Shown: positions 27,037 to 36,273 of the stretch, piece by piece | Position numbering within the stretch: position 1 is the first letter of the stretch | Layout: every line of letters starts with the position of its first letter | From: an uncultured Acidimicrobiales bacterium | GTDB lineage: Bacteria > Actinomycetota > Acidimicrobiia > Acidimicrobiales > SZUA-35 | Length of the DNA stretch: 64,000 nucleotides | Direction: 5' to 3' | Assembly (NCBI GenBank): GCA_937922805.1 | Contig: CALAJV010000001.1 | Coordinates: 98,560-162,559, forward strand | Program-made: the position numbers and the translations under genes | The notes under the pieces: generated by a model | What the model saw: only the letters and a program-made list of their open reading frames with translations | Told to the model about the DNA's origin: nothing | Databases searched by the model: none

Positions 27037-27742
27037 GTTATCCCCGACCGTAGCGATTGTTCCGGCCCGGGCTGGAAGTAAACGGATTCCAGGCAAGAAC
27101 ATCAAGCCGTTCTTGGGCACACCGTTGATCTCTCGAACAATCGAGACGCTTCGCAAGTCTCAAATCTTCGACCGCATCGTCGTATCTACCGACGGGGTAG
27201 ATATTGCCGAGATAGCGACCGCAGCCGGCGCCGATGTACCGTTCGTCCGGCCAGCAGATCTGTCTGACGACTACGCCACAACCGACGCAGTGATTCGCCA
27301 CGCAATCCAGCAGGTGGAAGCCGAAGGAACGACGCTTGGATTTGTATGTGTTGCGTACCCCGGTGCCATCTTGTCGACTGCCGACGATTTTCGTCGCTCC
27401 TATGAACTTATCCGTGGCGACGAATACGATTTCGTTTTTACCGCAACCAGCTTTCCATACCCAATTCAACGGGCGCTAAAGCGGCATAGTGACGGTTCTT
27501 GTGAGATGTTTGAACCGGCCGAGCTGCTAACTAGATCACAAGATCTAGAAGAGGCGTTTCATGACGCCGGACAGTTCTACTGGGGTCGAAGAGACGCGTG
27601 GGCATCGGGCAAAGCCGTATTCACGAGCCGGTCGCTGATGTATGAACTTCCCCGCCATCGGGTTCAAGACATTGACACCCCACAAGACTGGGAGCGGGCT
27701 GAGCTTCTCTATCGACTGCTGGAGTTATCTGATGTCAACTGA
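27011..27742 (+). CDS. pseF: Pseudaminic acid cytidylyltransferase (CMP-sugar synthetase family)
   Basis: VAIVPARAGSKRIPGKNIKPFLGTPLI and IVVSTD motifs. It overlaps the end of pseC. The exact start is uncertain (GTG 27011 or TTG 27023). Confidence 0.8.
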   Translation: MRISLLSDELSPTVAIVPARAGSKRIPGKNIKPFLGTPLISRTIETLRKSQIFDRIVVSTDGVDIAEIATAAGADVPFVRPADLSDDYATTDAVIRHAIQQVEAEGTTLGFVCVAYPGAILSTADDFRRSYELIRGDEYDFVFTATSFPYPIQRALKRHSDGSCEMFEPAELLTRSQDLEEAFHDAGQFYWGRRDAWASGKAVFTSRSLMYELPRHRVQDIDTPQDWERAELLYRLLELSDVN

Positions 27743-28910
27743 GCTGTTCTCTTTAACTGGCACAACGGTTGTTCCTCTACCTGGCGCGTTCTTGGCTCCG
27801 GTGCTACCGAGCGATGCGACGCTTCTCATTCGGTCCGACGCTTCTCACCACATCGGTGCCGGGCACATCATGCGGTGTGTTGCCCTTGCTCAGGAATGGG
27901 CGTTTCGAGGCGGCACCGTACTGGTTGCCTCGAACGAACTAACAGAGTCGACCCAGTCCAAGTTGGATGCCAACAACATCGTGTCGATACATGTAGGGCC
28001 CAGCGGACAAGACTTCCGAGAACTAGCCGACGAAATCGGTCCGACCTGGATCGTGCTCGACGTTGGCGTAGCGGTACATGAACACTTAGCCGCCATTGGC
28101 GATGCCTACGATGTCTTGGCCATCGATGACCTTGGCGGCCGGTTTGCGACTAGCCCTACGCTCGTACTCAATCAGAATGCTCACGGGCCATCAACCCCCT
28201 ACGCTGGCATCCAGCCAAACAAGTTGTTGCGGGGCCTTGAGTACATTTTGCTTCGAGACGAGTTTTTGGATGAACAGCCTTCGGTTTGCGGCACCGAACC
28301 AACTGTTCTCGTTGCCATGGGTGGAACCGACCCGTTGCAACTACTCCCCGATCTAATCGACTCCCTCGCTTCCAGCTCAAAAGCAAAGATCTTGGCTGTT
28401 GCCAGCTCCCACCACCCCCAGCTCAATCGACTGGAAGAACTCAACCAGGGCCACCAACGAGTTGAGCTTCACCTCGATGTTTCAAACATGGCCCAGCTTA
28501 TGAAGCAGTGCGACCTAGCTCTGACCTCGGGTGGGACGACCGTTTGGGAACTGGCTTATCTCGGCATACCTTCTGTCGTGGGAGCGGTAGCCGAGGTTGA
28601 AGATCGCCTTTTAGACGGCTTGAATCGGATCGATTTGTTCGAAACGATTGGACCGCTCGAAAACAAGACTGCTGAAGCCATCGCCGAGATCGTATTGCAA
28701 GTTGAGCAGGATCAAGAGTGGCTCAAAGCCACACGGACAAAAGCCCAAGAGATAGTGGATGGACACGGGCGACTCCGCGTTCTAGATCGGATGACATCTG
28801 CATCTCGCCTGGCCGACCTTCCTATCGACTCTTCCATCAACGACCGACCAAACGGTCCAGATGTTGAGGCCCAATCGGCGATGAACAACACCGCCGTTAC
28901 CAGCTCCTAG
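27732..28910 (+). CDS. pseG: UDP-2,4-diacetamido-2,4,6-trideoxy-beta-L-altropyranose hydrolase
   Basis: LLIRSDASHHIGAGHIMRCVALAQEW is the PseG N-terminal signature. C-terminal SGGTTVWELAYLGIP fits a GT-B/MurG-like fold. The ATG at 27732 overlaps the pseF stop (ATGTCAACTGA), and the track's upstream extension to 27642 is unlikely. Confidence 0.75.
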   Translation: MSTELFSLTGTTVVPLPGAFLAPVLPSDATLLIRSDASHHIGAGHIMRCVALAQEWAFRGGTVLVASNELTESTQSKLDANNIVSIHVGPSGQDFRELADEIGPTWIVLDVGVAVHEHLAAIGDAYDVLAIDDLGGRFATSPTLVLNQNAHGPSTPYAGIQPNKLLRGLEYILLRDEFLDEQPSVCGTEPTVLVAMGGTDPLQLLPDLIDSLASSSKAKILAVASSHHPQLNRLEELNQGHQRVELHLDVSNMAQLMKQCDLALTSGGTTVWELAYLGIPSVVGAVAEVEDRLLDGLNRIDLFETIGPLENKTAEAIAEIVLQVEQDQEWLKATRTKAQEIVDGHGRLRVLDRMTSASRLADLPIDSSINDRPNGPDVEAQSAMNNTAVTSS

Positions 28911-28992
28911 GCCGCCGGCGGCCTACTAGCTACTTCTGTTACTTACCTACTCGTCATATTTCTAGTTCAAGAGCAAAATTGATCGGAGCACA

Positions 28993-29943
28993 ATGGTTAA
29001 CAAACCAAGAGCCTTGGTTACCGGCGCGGCCGGTGTGATCGGGCGTCAGCTGACCAAGCGTCTACTGAACGACGGCCACGAGGTGATGGCCATCGACCGC
29101 AAGGTCATGCCAGATTTGGATTGGGGCAAACTTGAGTTCATTCAAGGCGACCTGTCCGAAATGGACCTGTCTGAGGCAGAGAAGTTTCAGCCCGAGGCCG
29201 TGTTCCACTTGGCTGCATCGTTCGAACGATCCGAGGAGTCGGCCGAGTACTGGGATATCGGCTGGCGCGACGACGTTGTTTCGTCTCACCGGGTTATCGA
29301 TTCTCTGGCTCGATCAGCTCATACCAGAACTTTTGTCTTTGCTTCCAGCTATTTAACCTACGAACCATCCCTGTACCTGTTCGATGCCCCCAACGACAGT
29401 CCGGCGTCGCTGAACGAAATCGACCGGGTAAGCCCTCGCAATCTTTGTGGAGCAGGCAAGTACTACACCGAACAAGAGCTGGCCTACGTTACCAACACCA
29501 CTCGACCCGACCTTCGGGTCGTCAACGCCCGCATCTACCGGGTATACGGCAAAGGGTCCCGCGACGTTATTTCCCGATGGATCGAAGCAGGACTGGCCGG
29601 AGAAACGATCGAGGTTTACAACAAGTCCAACCGATTCGACTACGTCTTCGCTGACGACGTCGCTGAGTCACTTCATCGCCTCCAGCAACAGAGCGAAGCA
29701 AGCGGTGTGTACAACATTGGTACCGGGTCGACCTCTTCTATCTCTGAGGTGGTCGAAGCGCTGAAACAAGCCGAAGTGCTGTCCCCGTCCCAAATTGTCG
29801 AGCAAGGGGAATCAGCACCGTTCGAAGCAAGCAAAGCTGACGTACGTAGGCTTCGCGAAGATATCGGCTGGACGCCTCCTACTACGCCGCTAGAGGGCAT
29901 CCGCCAAATCTCAGCGGCGTTGCAAGGAGCGGACCTTGTCTAA
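28993..29943 (+). CDS. NAD-dependent epimerase/dehydratase family protein (extended SDR)
   Basis: N-terminal Rossmann motif LVTGAAGVIGRQL. About 316 aa, typical of sugar-nucleotide epimerases and reductases. Confidence 0.75.
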   Translation: MVNKPRALVTGAAGVIGRQLTKRLLNDGHEVMAIDRKVMPDLDWGKLEFIQGDLSEMDLSEAEKFQPEAVFHLAASFERSEESAEYWDIGWRDDVVSSHRVIDSLARSAHTRTFVFASSYLTYEPSLYLFDAPNDSPASLNEIDRVSPRNLCGAGKYYTEQELAYVTNTTRPDLRVVNARIYRVYGKGSRDVISRWIEAGLAGETIEVYNKSNRFDYVFADDVAESLHRLQQQSEASGVYNIGTGSTSSISEVVEALKQAEVLSPSQIVEQGESAPFEASKADVRRLREDIGWTPPTTPLEGIRQISAALQGADLV

Positions 29944-30901
29944 GACCCGCTCTAATGAACAATCGCCAAGCCCAACCAGCTCTGGAGTCGAGGAGTCAGT
30001 TGTGATCAGTGAAACGGCGGAGGTAGTAGTCGACCCCGAGTGGGGCTACATTCGCCTGAACCCAATTCCGGCCGAGGACGATCTCGCCGCCTTCTACCAG
30101 AGTTCCTACTACGACTCGTTAAGGCAGGGCAACCGAGCCCCGGATCTGAGTCGGATGCAACAGGGTGGTCCAGAAGCCGAGCGAGAACGAGCGTGGATTT
30201 GCGAAACGGTGCATCACGACATCATCGAATGGGCGGTGACCTATCACGGGGAGACTGGCTGTGTCCTGGAAGTAGGATCGGGCGGAGGCGAACTTCTTGA
30301 TTCGTTCGCGGCCCAAGGGTGGACCGCCAAAGGCTTAGAGCCTGCGGCTCAGGCCGCCGAGAACTGCCGGGCTCGAGGGTTGGATGTTCAAGCGCTAACG
30401 CTTGAACAATATCTGACTCAGATCTCCCCAAATGACGTGGACATTGATGTCGTGGTTCTTCGACTAGTTCTTGAACACGTGCGGAACCCAATCGAGCTGT
30501 TGCAAAACTGTCACCAGGCACTTAGGACCGGGGGCCTGCTGATAGTTGAGGTACCGAACGACTTTAACGGGTTCCAAAAAGCAGCCCAGGCCAAACTCGA
30601 TCTCGATCAATGGTGGGTGGCGAGTCCGGACCATGTCAACTATTTCGACTTTGACTCTCTGTCCAACATCTTGGAGCGAATCAGTTTCGACATCGTCGAC
30701 CGGACGACCAGTTTCCCAATGGAGCTATTTCTTCTCATGGGTGACAACTACGTCGGAGACTCCGACGTAGGATCGGCCTGCCACGAACGCAGGCGAAGTC
30801 TTGAGCTAAACATGCCTCATCGAGTTCGACAAGAGTTCTACCGGGCACTAGCGGGAGCAGGGATGGGACGGACCTGCCGGATCGCCGCGGTGGCGAAATG
30901 A
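29936..30901 (+). CDS. Class I SAM-dependent methyltransferase
   Basis: SAM-binding motif VLEVGSGGGELLD and post-I acidic residue pattern. It overlaps both neighbouring genes. Confidence 0.75.
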   Translation: MSKTRSNEQSPSPTSSGVEESVVISETAEVVVDPEWGYIRLNPIPAEDDLAAFYQSSYYDSLRQGNRAPDLSRMQQGGPEAERERAWICETVHHDIIEWAVTYHGETGCVLEVGSGGGELLDSFAAQGWTAKGLEPAAQAAENCRARGLDVQALTLEQYLTQISPNDVDIDVVVLRLVLEHVRNPIELLQNCHQALRTGGLLIVEVPNDFNGFQKAAQAKLDLDQWWVASPDHVNYFDFDSLSNILERISFDIVDRTTSFPMELFLLMGDNYVGDSDVGSACHERRRSLELNMPHRVRQEFYRALAGAGMGRTCRIAAVAK

Positions 30902-31857
30902 ACGTTCTTATTACCAGTGCGTCCAGAAAGGTCTCGCTTGTCGATTCTTTTTCGGAAGCGTTGGGCGGCAGGGGAAACGTTATTGCCGCTGACATCACCC
31001 AGTGGGCCGCAGCAATGCATGTTGCTGACCAATCGGTGATCGTGCCTAGGAGCGACTCCGGCGACTTTGTAAAAGCGATTCTCGAAATCTGCGAGGAACT
31101 GAACGTTGGTCTGGTAATCCCAACTCGGGACGAAGAGCTGCCGATCCTGGCCAAGGCCATCGACGATTTCACTGCGATAGGCACCCGAGTTCACGTTTCG
31201 TCACCGCAATCGATAGCTTCGTGCTTGGACAAACGAGCCTTTCACCAATTCTGCCTGGAGCATGGCTTTGCTATCCCCACCGTCGTAGCCGACCCAGGAG
31301 CGACTAATGCTCCCCTATTTGTTCGACCCCGATTCGGCAAAGGCAACACCGGAACCTACGCGGTTCAAACCCCAAGCGAATTAGCACAACTTCAACAACA
31401 GTGGCCGACGATTGCCGACGCAGTAGTTGTAAACCATCTAATGGACGCGCCAGAATTCACCATTGATGTGTTCTTGGCTTTGGACGGCGTAGCCACGTCG
31501 GCTGTGCCCCGAGAGCGGATGCAAGTAGTGGCGGGTGAGAGCTACGTTGGGCGGACGGTTAACGATCCCGAGCTCGCAGCCGAATCGATCCGGCTGTGCC
31601 AAATGATGGGTTTGACCGGCCACAACACGGTCCAGGCTTTCCGAACTCCAAACGGTTTCGAGTTCATCGAGGTAAATCCCCGGTTCGGTGGCGGAGCCGC
31701 CCTGAGCATGGCGGCCGGAGCCCCAAGCCCTCGCTGGCTGATTCAAGAAACCGCTGGCATACCGTTTGATCCGGCGCCCGGGTCGTTCCAGCCTGAGCTT
31801 GTCATGTTGCGTTACACCCGAGATGTTTGGATATCTGAGTCGGAGCTGGCCCAATGA
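30898..31857 (+). CDS. ATP-grasp domain protein
   Basis: Pre-ATP-grasp N-terminus (MNVLITSASRKVSLV...GLVIPTRDEEL). Central DKRAFHQFCLEHGFAIP...FVRPRFGKG. C-terminal FIEVNPRFGGG is typical of ATP-grasp ligases. ATGA overlaps on both sides. Confidence 0.7.
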   Translation: MNVLITSASRKVSLVDSFSEALGGRGNVIAADITQWAAAMHVADQSVIVPRSDSGDFVKAILEICEELNVGLVIPTRDEELPILAKAIDDFTAIGTRVHVSSPQSIASCLDKRAFHQFCLEHGFAIPTVVADPGATNAPLFVRPRFGKGNTGTYAVQTPSELAQLQQQWPTIADAVVVNHLMDAPEFTIDVFLALDGVATSAVPRERMQVVAGESYVGRTVNDPELAAESIRLCQMMGLTGHNTVQAFRTPNGFEFIEVNPRFGGGAALSMAAGAPSPRWLIQETAGIPFDPAPGSFQPELVMLRYTRDVWISESELAQ

Positions 31858-32666
31858 CCGCTACCAGCCAAAGCAACCCAATTCCTCGGTCAACCGATCG
31901 AGTTGGAACCAAGCAGGGATCTATTCACGACCGCGACCTTTATCGCCGCCGAACCGGCGATCGGCCAGTTGTTGAATCAGTCATCTTTGACCTCGACGAC
32001 ACCTTATATAACGAAATGACATTCGTTATAGGCGCCTTCACCGAGGTAGCAGTCTTCCTTGCTCAGCGAACCGGACTTGAAGCCAAGACACTTCTTGATC
32101 ATCTGCTGATGATCGAGCGGCGAGACGGTCGAGGTCAAGTATTCGAAACACTGCTGGCCAGCTACTCGCTCAACCCGAAATGGGCCAAAGCGATGCTAGC
32201 GACCTACCGTTCAGCCGTCCCACCACTGTCGTTTTTTGCCGACACGACTGCTCTTTTGACGTCGTTGTCAGCCGCCGGCATTCCGACCGCGGTTGTTACC
32301 GACGGATACGGCCTCGTACAGGCAAACAAAGCGGCCGGTCTTCATCTCGACACGCACGTTGATGCCATTGTTTATACCGACAGCCTGGGTCACGGTGGGG
32401 CCAAGCCAGGAACCGCCGGTTTCGAAACTGCATTAGCCATGATCGGCAGCGAGGAATCAACCTCTGCATATGTCGGCAACGACGTGACGAAAGACTTCAT
32501 AGGGCCACGACAACTTGGGATGCAGTCGGTCTTGATCAACCGCAAAACAATCGGCCGGGTCGAAGACCAACCAGCCTTTGCCCACCCAGACCACATCGTG
32601 CCCACGTTGTCTGATCTTCCCCGCGTTCTGAAATTCAAATCACCGCTCGATAGGAGAACAGCATGA
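31854..32666 (+). CDS. HAD-superfamily hydrolase
   Basis: Motif I VIFDLDDTLY, motif II VVTDG and a motif IV-like YVGNDVTKD. ATGA overlaps on both sides. Confidence 0.7.
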   Translation: MTATSQSNPIPRSTDRVGTKQGSIHDRDLYRRRTGDRPVVESVIFDLDDTLYNEMTFVIGAFTEVAVFLAQRTGLEAKTLLDHLLMIERRDGRGQVFETLLASYSLNPKWAKAMLATYRSAVPPLSFFADTTALLTSLSAAGIPTAVVTDGYGLVQANKAAGLHLDTHVDAIVYTDSLGHGGAKPGTAGFETALAMIGSEESTSAYVGNDVTKDFIGPRQLGMQSVLINRKTIGRVEDQPAFAHPDHIVPTLSDLPRVLKFKSPLDRRTA

Positions 32667-33721
32667 AAATCAACCAGCGAATCATCGACATTGATGAACC
32701 GATGTACATTATTGCCGAACTGTCGGCGAACCACGGTCAGGACCTCGACGTCGCCCTCGAAATGATCGAGGCCGCTGCTGCTTGCGGCGCCGACGCGGTC
32801 AAGCTCCAAACCTACACCCCAGACACCATCACGCTGGACGTCGCCGATGGCCCATTTTTGATTGAAGAAGGTTCGTTGTGGGCCGGACGATCGCTCCATG
32901 ACCTCTATCAAGATGCCTACACACCGTGGGACTGGTTTCCGACCTTGGCCGATGCCGCCAGCAAAGCTGGAGTGGACATTTTCTCAAGCCCGTTCGACCT
33001 AACCGCTGTTGCCTTCCTAGAAGGCCAAGACGTTCCAGCGTTCAAGATTGCGTCGTTTGAACTCGTCGATCACGCGCTTATTCGAGCAGTGGCCAACACC
33101 GGAAAGCCGATGATCATGTCAACCGGCATGGCTACGCTCTCTGAGATCGCCGAGGCGGTACAGGTTGCACGCGCTGCTGGCTGTAGCGATCTTGCCCTTT
33201 TGCGGTGCAACTCGGGCTATCCGACTCCGTTAACCGAAATGGATTTGCGAACGATCCCGAGCATGATATCGACCTTTGATTGCCCGATCGGTTTGTCCGA
33301 TCACACCGACGGCATTGAAGCGGCCATCGTCGGTCGAACTCTGGGCGCTTGCATTCTCGAAAAACACTTTGTCCTCGATCGGTCATCTGGCGCTCTCGAT
33401 GCAGAATTCTCCCTCGAACCAGATGAATTCGCGGCCATGGTTACCGGTATTCGACGAACCGAGGAGATGCTCGGCGCCGTTCGGTATGGGCCGACGGCTC
33501 GCGAGAAACATTCGCATGTCCACCGACGTTCACTTTTCGTGGCCGAAGATGTGCGCAAGGGTGAGACCTTCACCGATGCCAACGTTCGTTCGGTCCGTCC
33601 TGGTCAGGGTTTGGCGCCCAAGTTTCTGCCGATCGTCCTCGGATCCACGGCAACTCGGGATCTGAAGAAGGGCACGCCGGTTTCGTGGGAAGCCTTGTCG
33701 GGGGAACCGCTAACTTCATAA
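32663..33721 (+). CDS. pseI: Pseudaminic acid synthase
   Basis: IIAELSANHGQDL, GADAVKLQTY, FSSPFD, PAFKIASFE, GKPMIMSTGMATLSEI and LLRCNSGYPTP, plus a C-terminal SAF-like domain. Confidence 0.85.
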   Translation: MKINQRIIDIDEPMYIIAELSANHGQDLDVALEMIEAAAACGADAVKLQTYTPDTITLDVADGPFLIEEGSLWAGRSLHDLYQDAYTPWDWFPTLADAASKAGVDIFSSPFDLTAVAFLEGQDVPAFKIASFELVDHALIRAVANTGKPMIMSTGMATLSEIAEAVQVARAAGCSDLALLRCNSGYPTPLTEMDLRTIPSMISTFDCPIGLSDHTDGIEAAIVGRTLGACILEKHFVLDRSSGALDAEFSLEPDEFAAMVTGIRRTEEMLGAVRYGPTAREKHSHVHRRSLFVAEDVRKGETFTDANVRSVRPGQGLAPKFLPIVLGSTATRDLKKGTPVSWEALSGEPLTS

Positions 33722-33886
33722 CGCCGCTCGGTGTTAAACAACCGAGCTGGGAAAACCGTCCTACTTTCGAATAGCCTTACGCCGTAGGATTGGGAATCGA
33801 CCTCAGCTACACTGGACTTGGGTCGGATCACTGGTCAGGCCTGTACGCAAGCAAAAATGCGATTGCTAGGTGGGATTAGCAGCGTT

Positions 33887-35074
33887 ATGTCAACAGACAG
33901 ATTTTCAATCTTTTTCGGTTGCGCAGTAGATCAAGTTCGGCGACCGTTTCACAATCGAAAACCGACGCAATCTATACTGTCGTTGGTTCTGATCGCCGCG
34001 TTCGGACTCGTTCTTGGTGCGTGTGCAGGCCCATTGTTTTCCGGTGGCGATGGGGTTCAGGATAATTTGGAACCACCAACGAGATCCGTGGTTACCGGAC
34101 CCATTGCCAGCCAAAGCGATGTCCCCACCCCAATCTCAGCGTTTTCTACCTCCGCCATCCGCAACACATCTACTGAAGTCACAGATAGGAGCGGGACGTT
34201 TCACCGGGCTGGGATACAGCACCAACAGAACCAGGAATGGGAACAAGCAATTCGTAGCTATACCAAAGCAATAAACGAGAACCCGGCCCACCCTGACGCC
34301 TATTTCAATCGCGGCTCGGCCAACCAGGTGCTCGGCAGACATGGCGCTGCTATTACCGACTTCAGCGCCCATATTCGGCTCAACCCCACCGACCCAAGAG
34401 CATTCAACAACCGGGGACTGTCCAACCAAGCTCGTGCTAGCTACACCGATGCGCTTCAAGACTTCAACCAAGCTTTGCGACTCGATCCAACGCTGGCAGC
34501 GGCCTACGCCAACCGGAGCCAATCACTGTTCTGGCTCGATGAATTCGAAATGGCACGCATCGATCTTGAACTGGCGATCAGTTCTGGCGCCGACCATCCA
34601 GACATTTACTTCAACCTCGGCTTACTCCACTATTCGATGGGCCAACCCGACGAGGCACTATCTAGCTACGGTCGAGCGTTATCTCTTGCTCCTGACGCTC
34701 CGTGGATTTTCCACGAACGAGGCCTGATCTATTTCGAGATGGGAGATCTTCCAAAGGCGCAGTTAGACCTTGAAGCAGCCATCTCGCTCGACCCCAAAAA
34801 TCCCAAGCCTCACTATGATCTTGGCCTACTCCAGCATCATCAGGGACAAACCAAGCCGGCGATTGGCAAATATACGGTGGCGCTCCAACTTGATCCATAT
34901 CATTGGGACGCTCGACAGAACCGGGCAGTCGCCTACGCTGCGACTAAACAGAACCAGCGAGCAATCCAAGATCTTGACCGGCTTCTGGGCAACTCTGAGT
35001 TGTCCGATTCTGCCCGAGCCGAGATCGACCAGTGGATCGCTACCCTCGAGGCTGGTCAAAATCCATTCTCGTAA
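33887..35074 (+). CDS. TPR-repeat lipoprotein
   Basis: Lipobox GLVLGAC-AG. Eight or more canonical 34-aa TPR units (AxxxYxxAIxxNPxxxxAYxNRG pattern). The ATG at 33887 is preferred, while the track ORF begins at 33818. Confidence 0.7.
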   Translation: MSTDRFSIFFGCAVDQVRRPFHNRKPTQSILSLVLIAAFGLVLGACAGPLFSGGDGVQDNLEPPTRSVVTGPIASQSDVPTPISAFSTSAIRNTSTEVTDRSGTFHRAGIQHQQNQEWEQAIRSYTKAINENPAHPDAYFNRGSANQVLGRHGAAITDFSAHIRLNPTDPRAFNNRGLSNQARASYTDALQDFNQALRLDPTLAAAYANRSQSLFWLDEFEMARIDLELAISSGADHPDIYFNLGLLHYSMGQPDEALSSYGRALSLAPDAPWIFHERGLIYFEMGDLPKAQLDLEAAISLDPKNPKPHYDLGLLQHHQGQTKPAIGKYTVALQLDPYHWDARQNRAVAYAATKQNQRAIQDLDRLLGNSELSDSARAEIDQWIATLEAGQNPFS

Positions 35075-35152
35075 CTAGCCAAATCCATACGCAAAAAGTA
35101 AACCTGTCCACCCAGCTTGGGTTGTAGCCAAGAGTGGTATTAGGTTGAGGAG

Positions 35153-36268
35153 ATGATTCTTGACTCCTTAGATGTCAGCCAAGACGCGTTTGAGACCGGA
35201 ACCGGTTGGGAGATCAAACCTGAAGGAGCGTGCAAGGGCGACGTTTGTATTCCGCTACCCTCGCCGCCCGAAGCGGGCCGAGTTGACGTTGAATCGATCG
35301 CCGACCAAATGGGCCTTCCACTAGTGGGCGACCCAGAGCGTTCTGTTTGGGCCCTTGGTCCCGAGTCAGTCGGCGCCCGAACTTTGTTGAGCGCACAGGC
35401 CCCAGAGCTACGGTTGCCCGATCTAAACGGCAACCAATTCACTCTTTCGTCTTTACGAGGATCCAAGGTGGTAATGGTGGCATGGAGCCCCTATTGAGGA
35501 TGCTCTGCTGATCTGCCCGTGTGGCAGGCCTTTCGCGAAGACGTCGCCGACCAAGGCGTCGAGATAGTAACCGTGGCATTAGAAACGACTGGGGCAGAGG
35601 CGTGCCGGCAATTCATTGAAGCCGCCAATCCCGCTCACCCATCGCTGATCGACCAGTATCATAAATCGGCCGAACTGTTCGGCTTCGTCAATATCCCGAA
35701 TGCAGTCTGGATCGATGAAGACGGCATGATCGTTCGACCGTCGGAGCCTGCTCCCGCTCCACCGTCAATGAAAGCGGACCGACCGAACATTTTCGCCGAC
35801 CTTGTTCCGCCCCAGCGCCTGCTCGACATCATGGGCGAGGCCGTCAAAATTCGATCCAACCCGGCGGCCTACGAAGCGGCGTTACGGGATTGGTTCACCA
35901 ACGGTAGTCAAAGCCAATTCGCCATGACCCCGGATGAGGTAGTCAATCGATCGCAGCCTCGCAGCGCTGACGAAGCACGGGGCCAGGCCAACTTCGAACT
36001 TGCGGCCCATTTCGAAGCGAACGGCGATCACGATGCCGCCATTCCCTACTATCGAGAAGCGCATCGGCTGACCCCTGAAAACTTCAGCTATCGACGTCAG
36101 GCGTGGTCGCTAGAACCCAACGAACTTGATGGTCCAGTGGCCAGATTTTGGCAGGGTCCAGCCGTTGGAGCAGAAGACGCCTGGCCCTACGAAGGTGACT
36201 GGCTAAGCGACGTTAAAGCCATGGGGGCCGAAAACTACTATCCAGAGTTCAAGGCCGAACAGGCCTAG
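35153..36268 (+). CDS. Thioredoxin-fold (ResA/redoxin-like) protein with in-frame UGA at the redox motif, a candidate selenoprotein (alternatively a split or pseudogenised gene)
   Basis: ORFs 35153-35497 and 35519-36268 share one frame and are separated only by TGA at 35495-35497. Read through, the sequence is KVVMVAWSPY-[TGA]-GCSADLPVWQAF...VEIVTVAL...IPNAVWIDEDGMIVR, a complete redoxin fold with the stop at the position of the nucleophilic Cys. Confidence 0.55.
35512..35528 (+). other. Hairpin downstream of the in-frame UGA (bacterial SECIS-like)
   Basis: tctgcc-cgtgt-ggcagg forms a 6-bp stem (including one G-U pair) with a 5-nt loop containing GU. It starts 14 nt after the TGA. Confidence 0.4.
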
Positions 36269-36273
36269 ACCGC

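Noticed and set aside
27642-27742. Apparent 100-nt overlap between pseF and pseG, which could suggest a frameshift or fusion
   Set aside because: The overlap is only the track's upstream extension of the pseG frame. An ATG at 27732 overlaps the pseF stop in a standard ATGxxxxTGA coupling arrangement and gives the canonical PseG N-terminus.
21090-35074. The Pse island as a mobile element or genomic island
   Set aside because: I could find no integrase, transposase, tRNA attachment site or flanking direct repeats by eye. I cannot compute GC skew or codon usage reliably here, so no horizontal-transfer claim is made.
35153-36268. Reading the split redoxin as a simple pseudogene or as two genes
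   Set aside because: This is not fully excluded. It is disfavoured because the single interruption is a TGA exactly at the catalytic Cys column, the frame is otherwise intact, neither half is a complete fold, and a hairpin follows at SECIS-like spacing.
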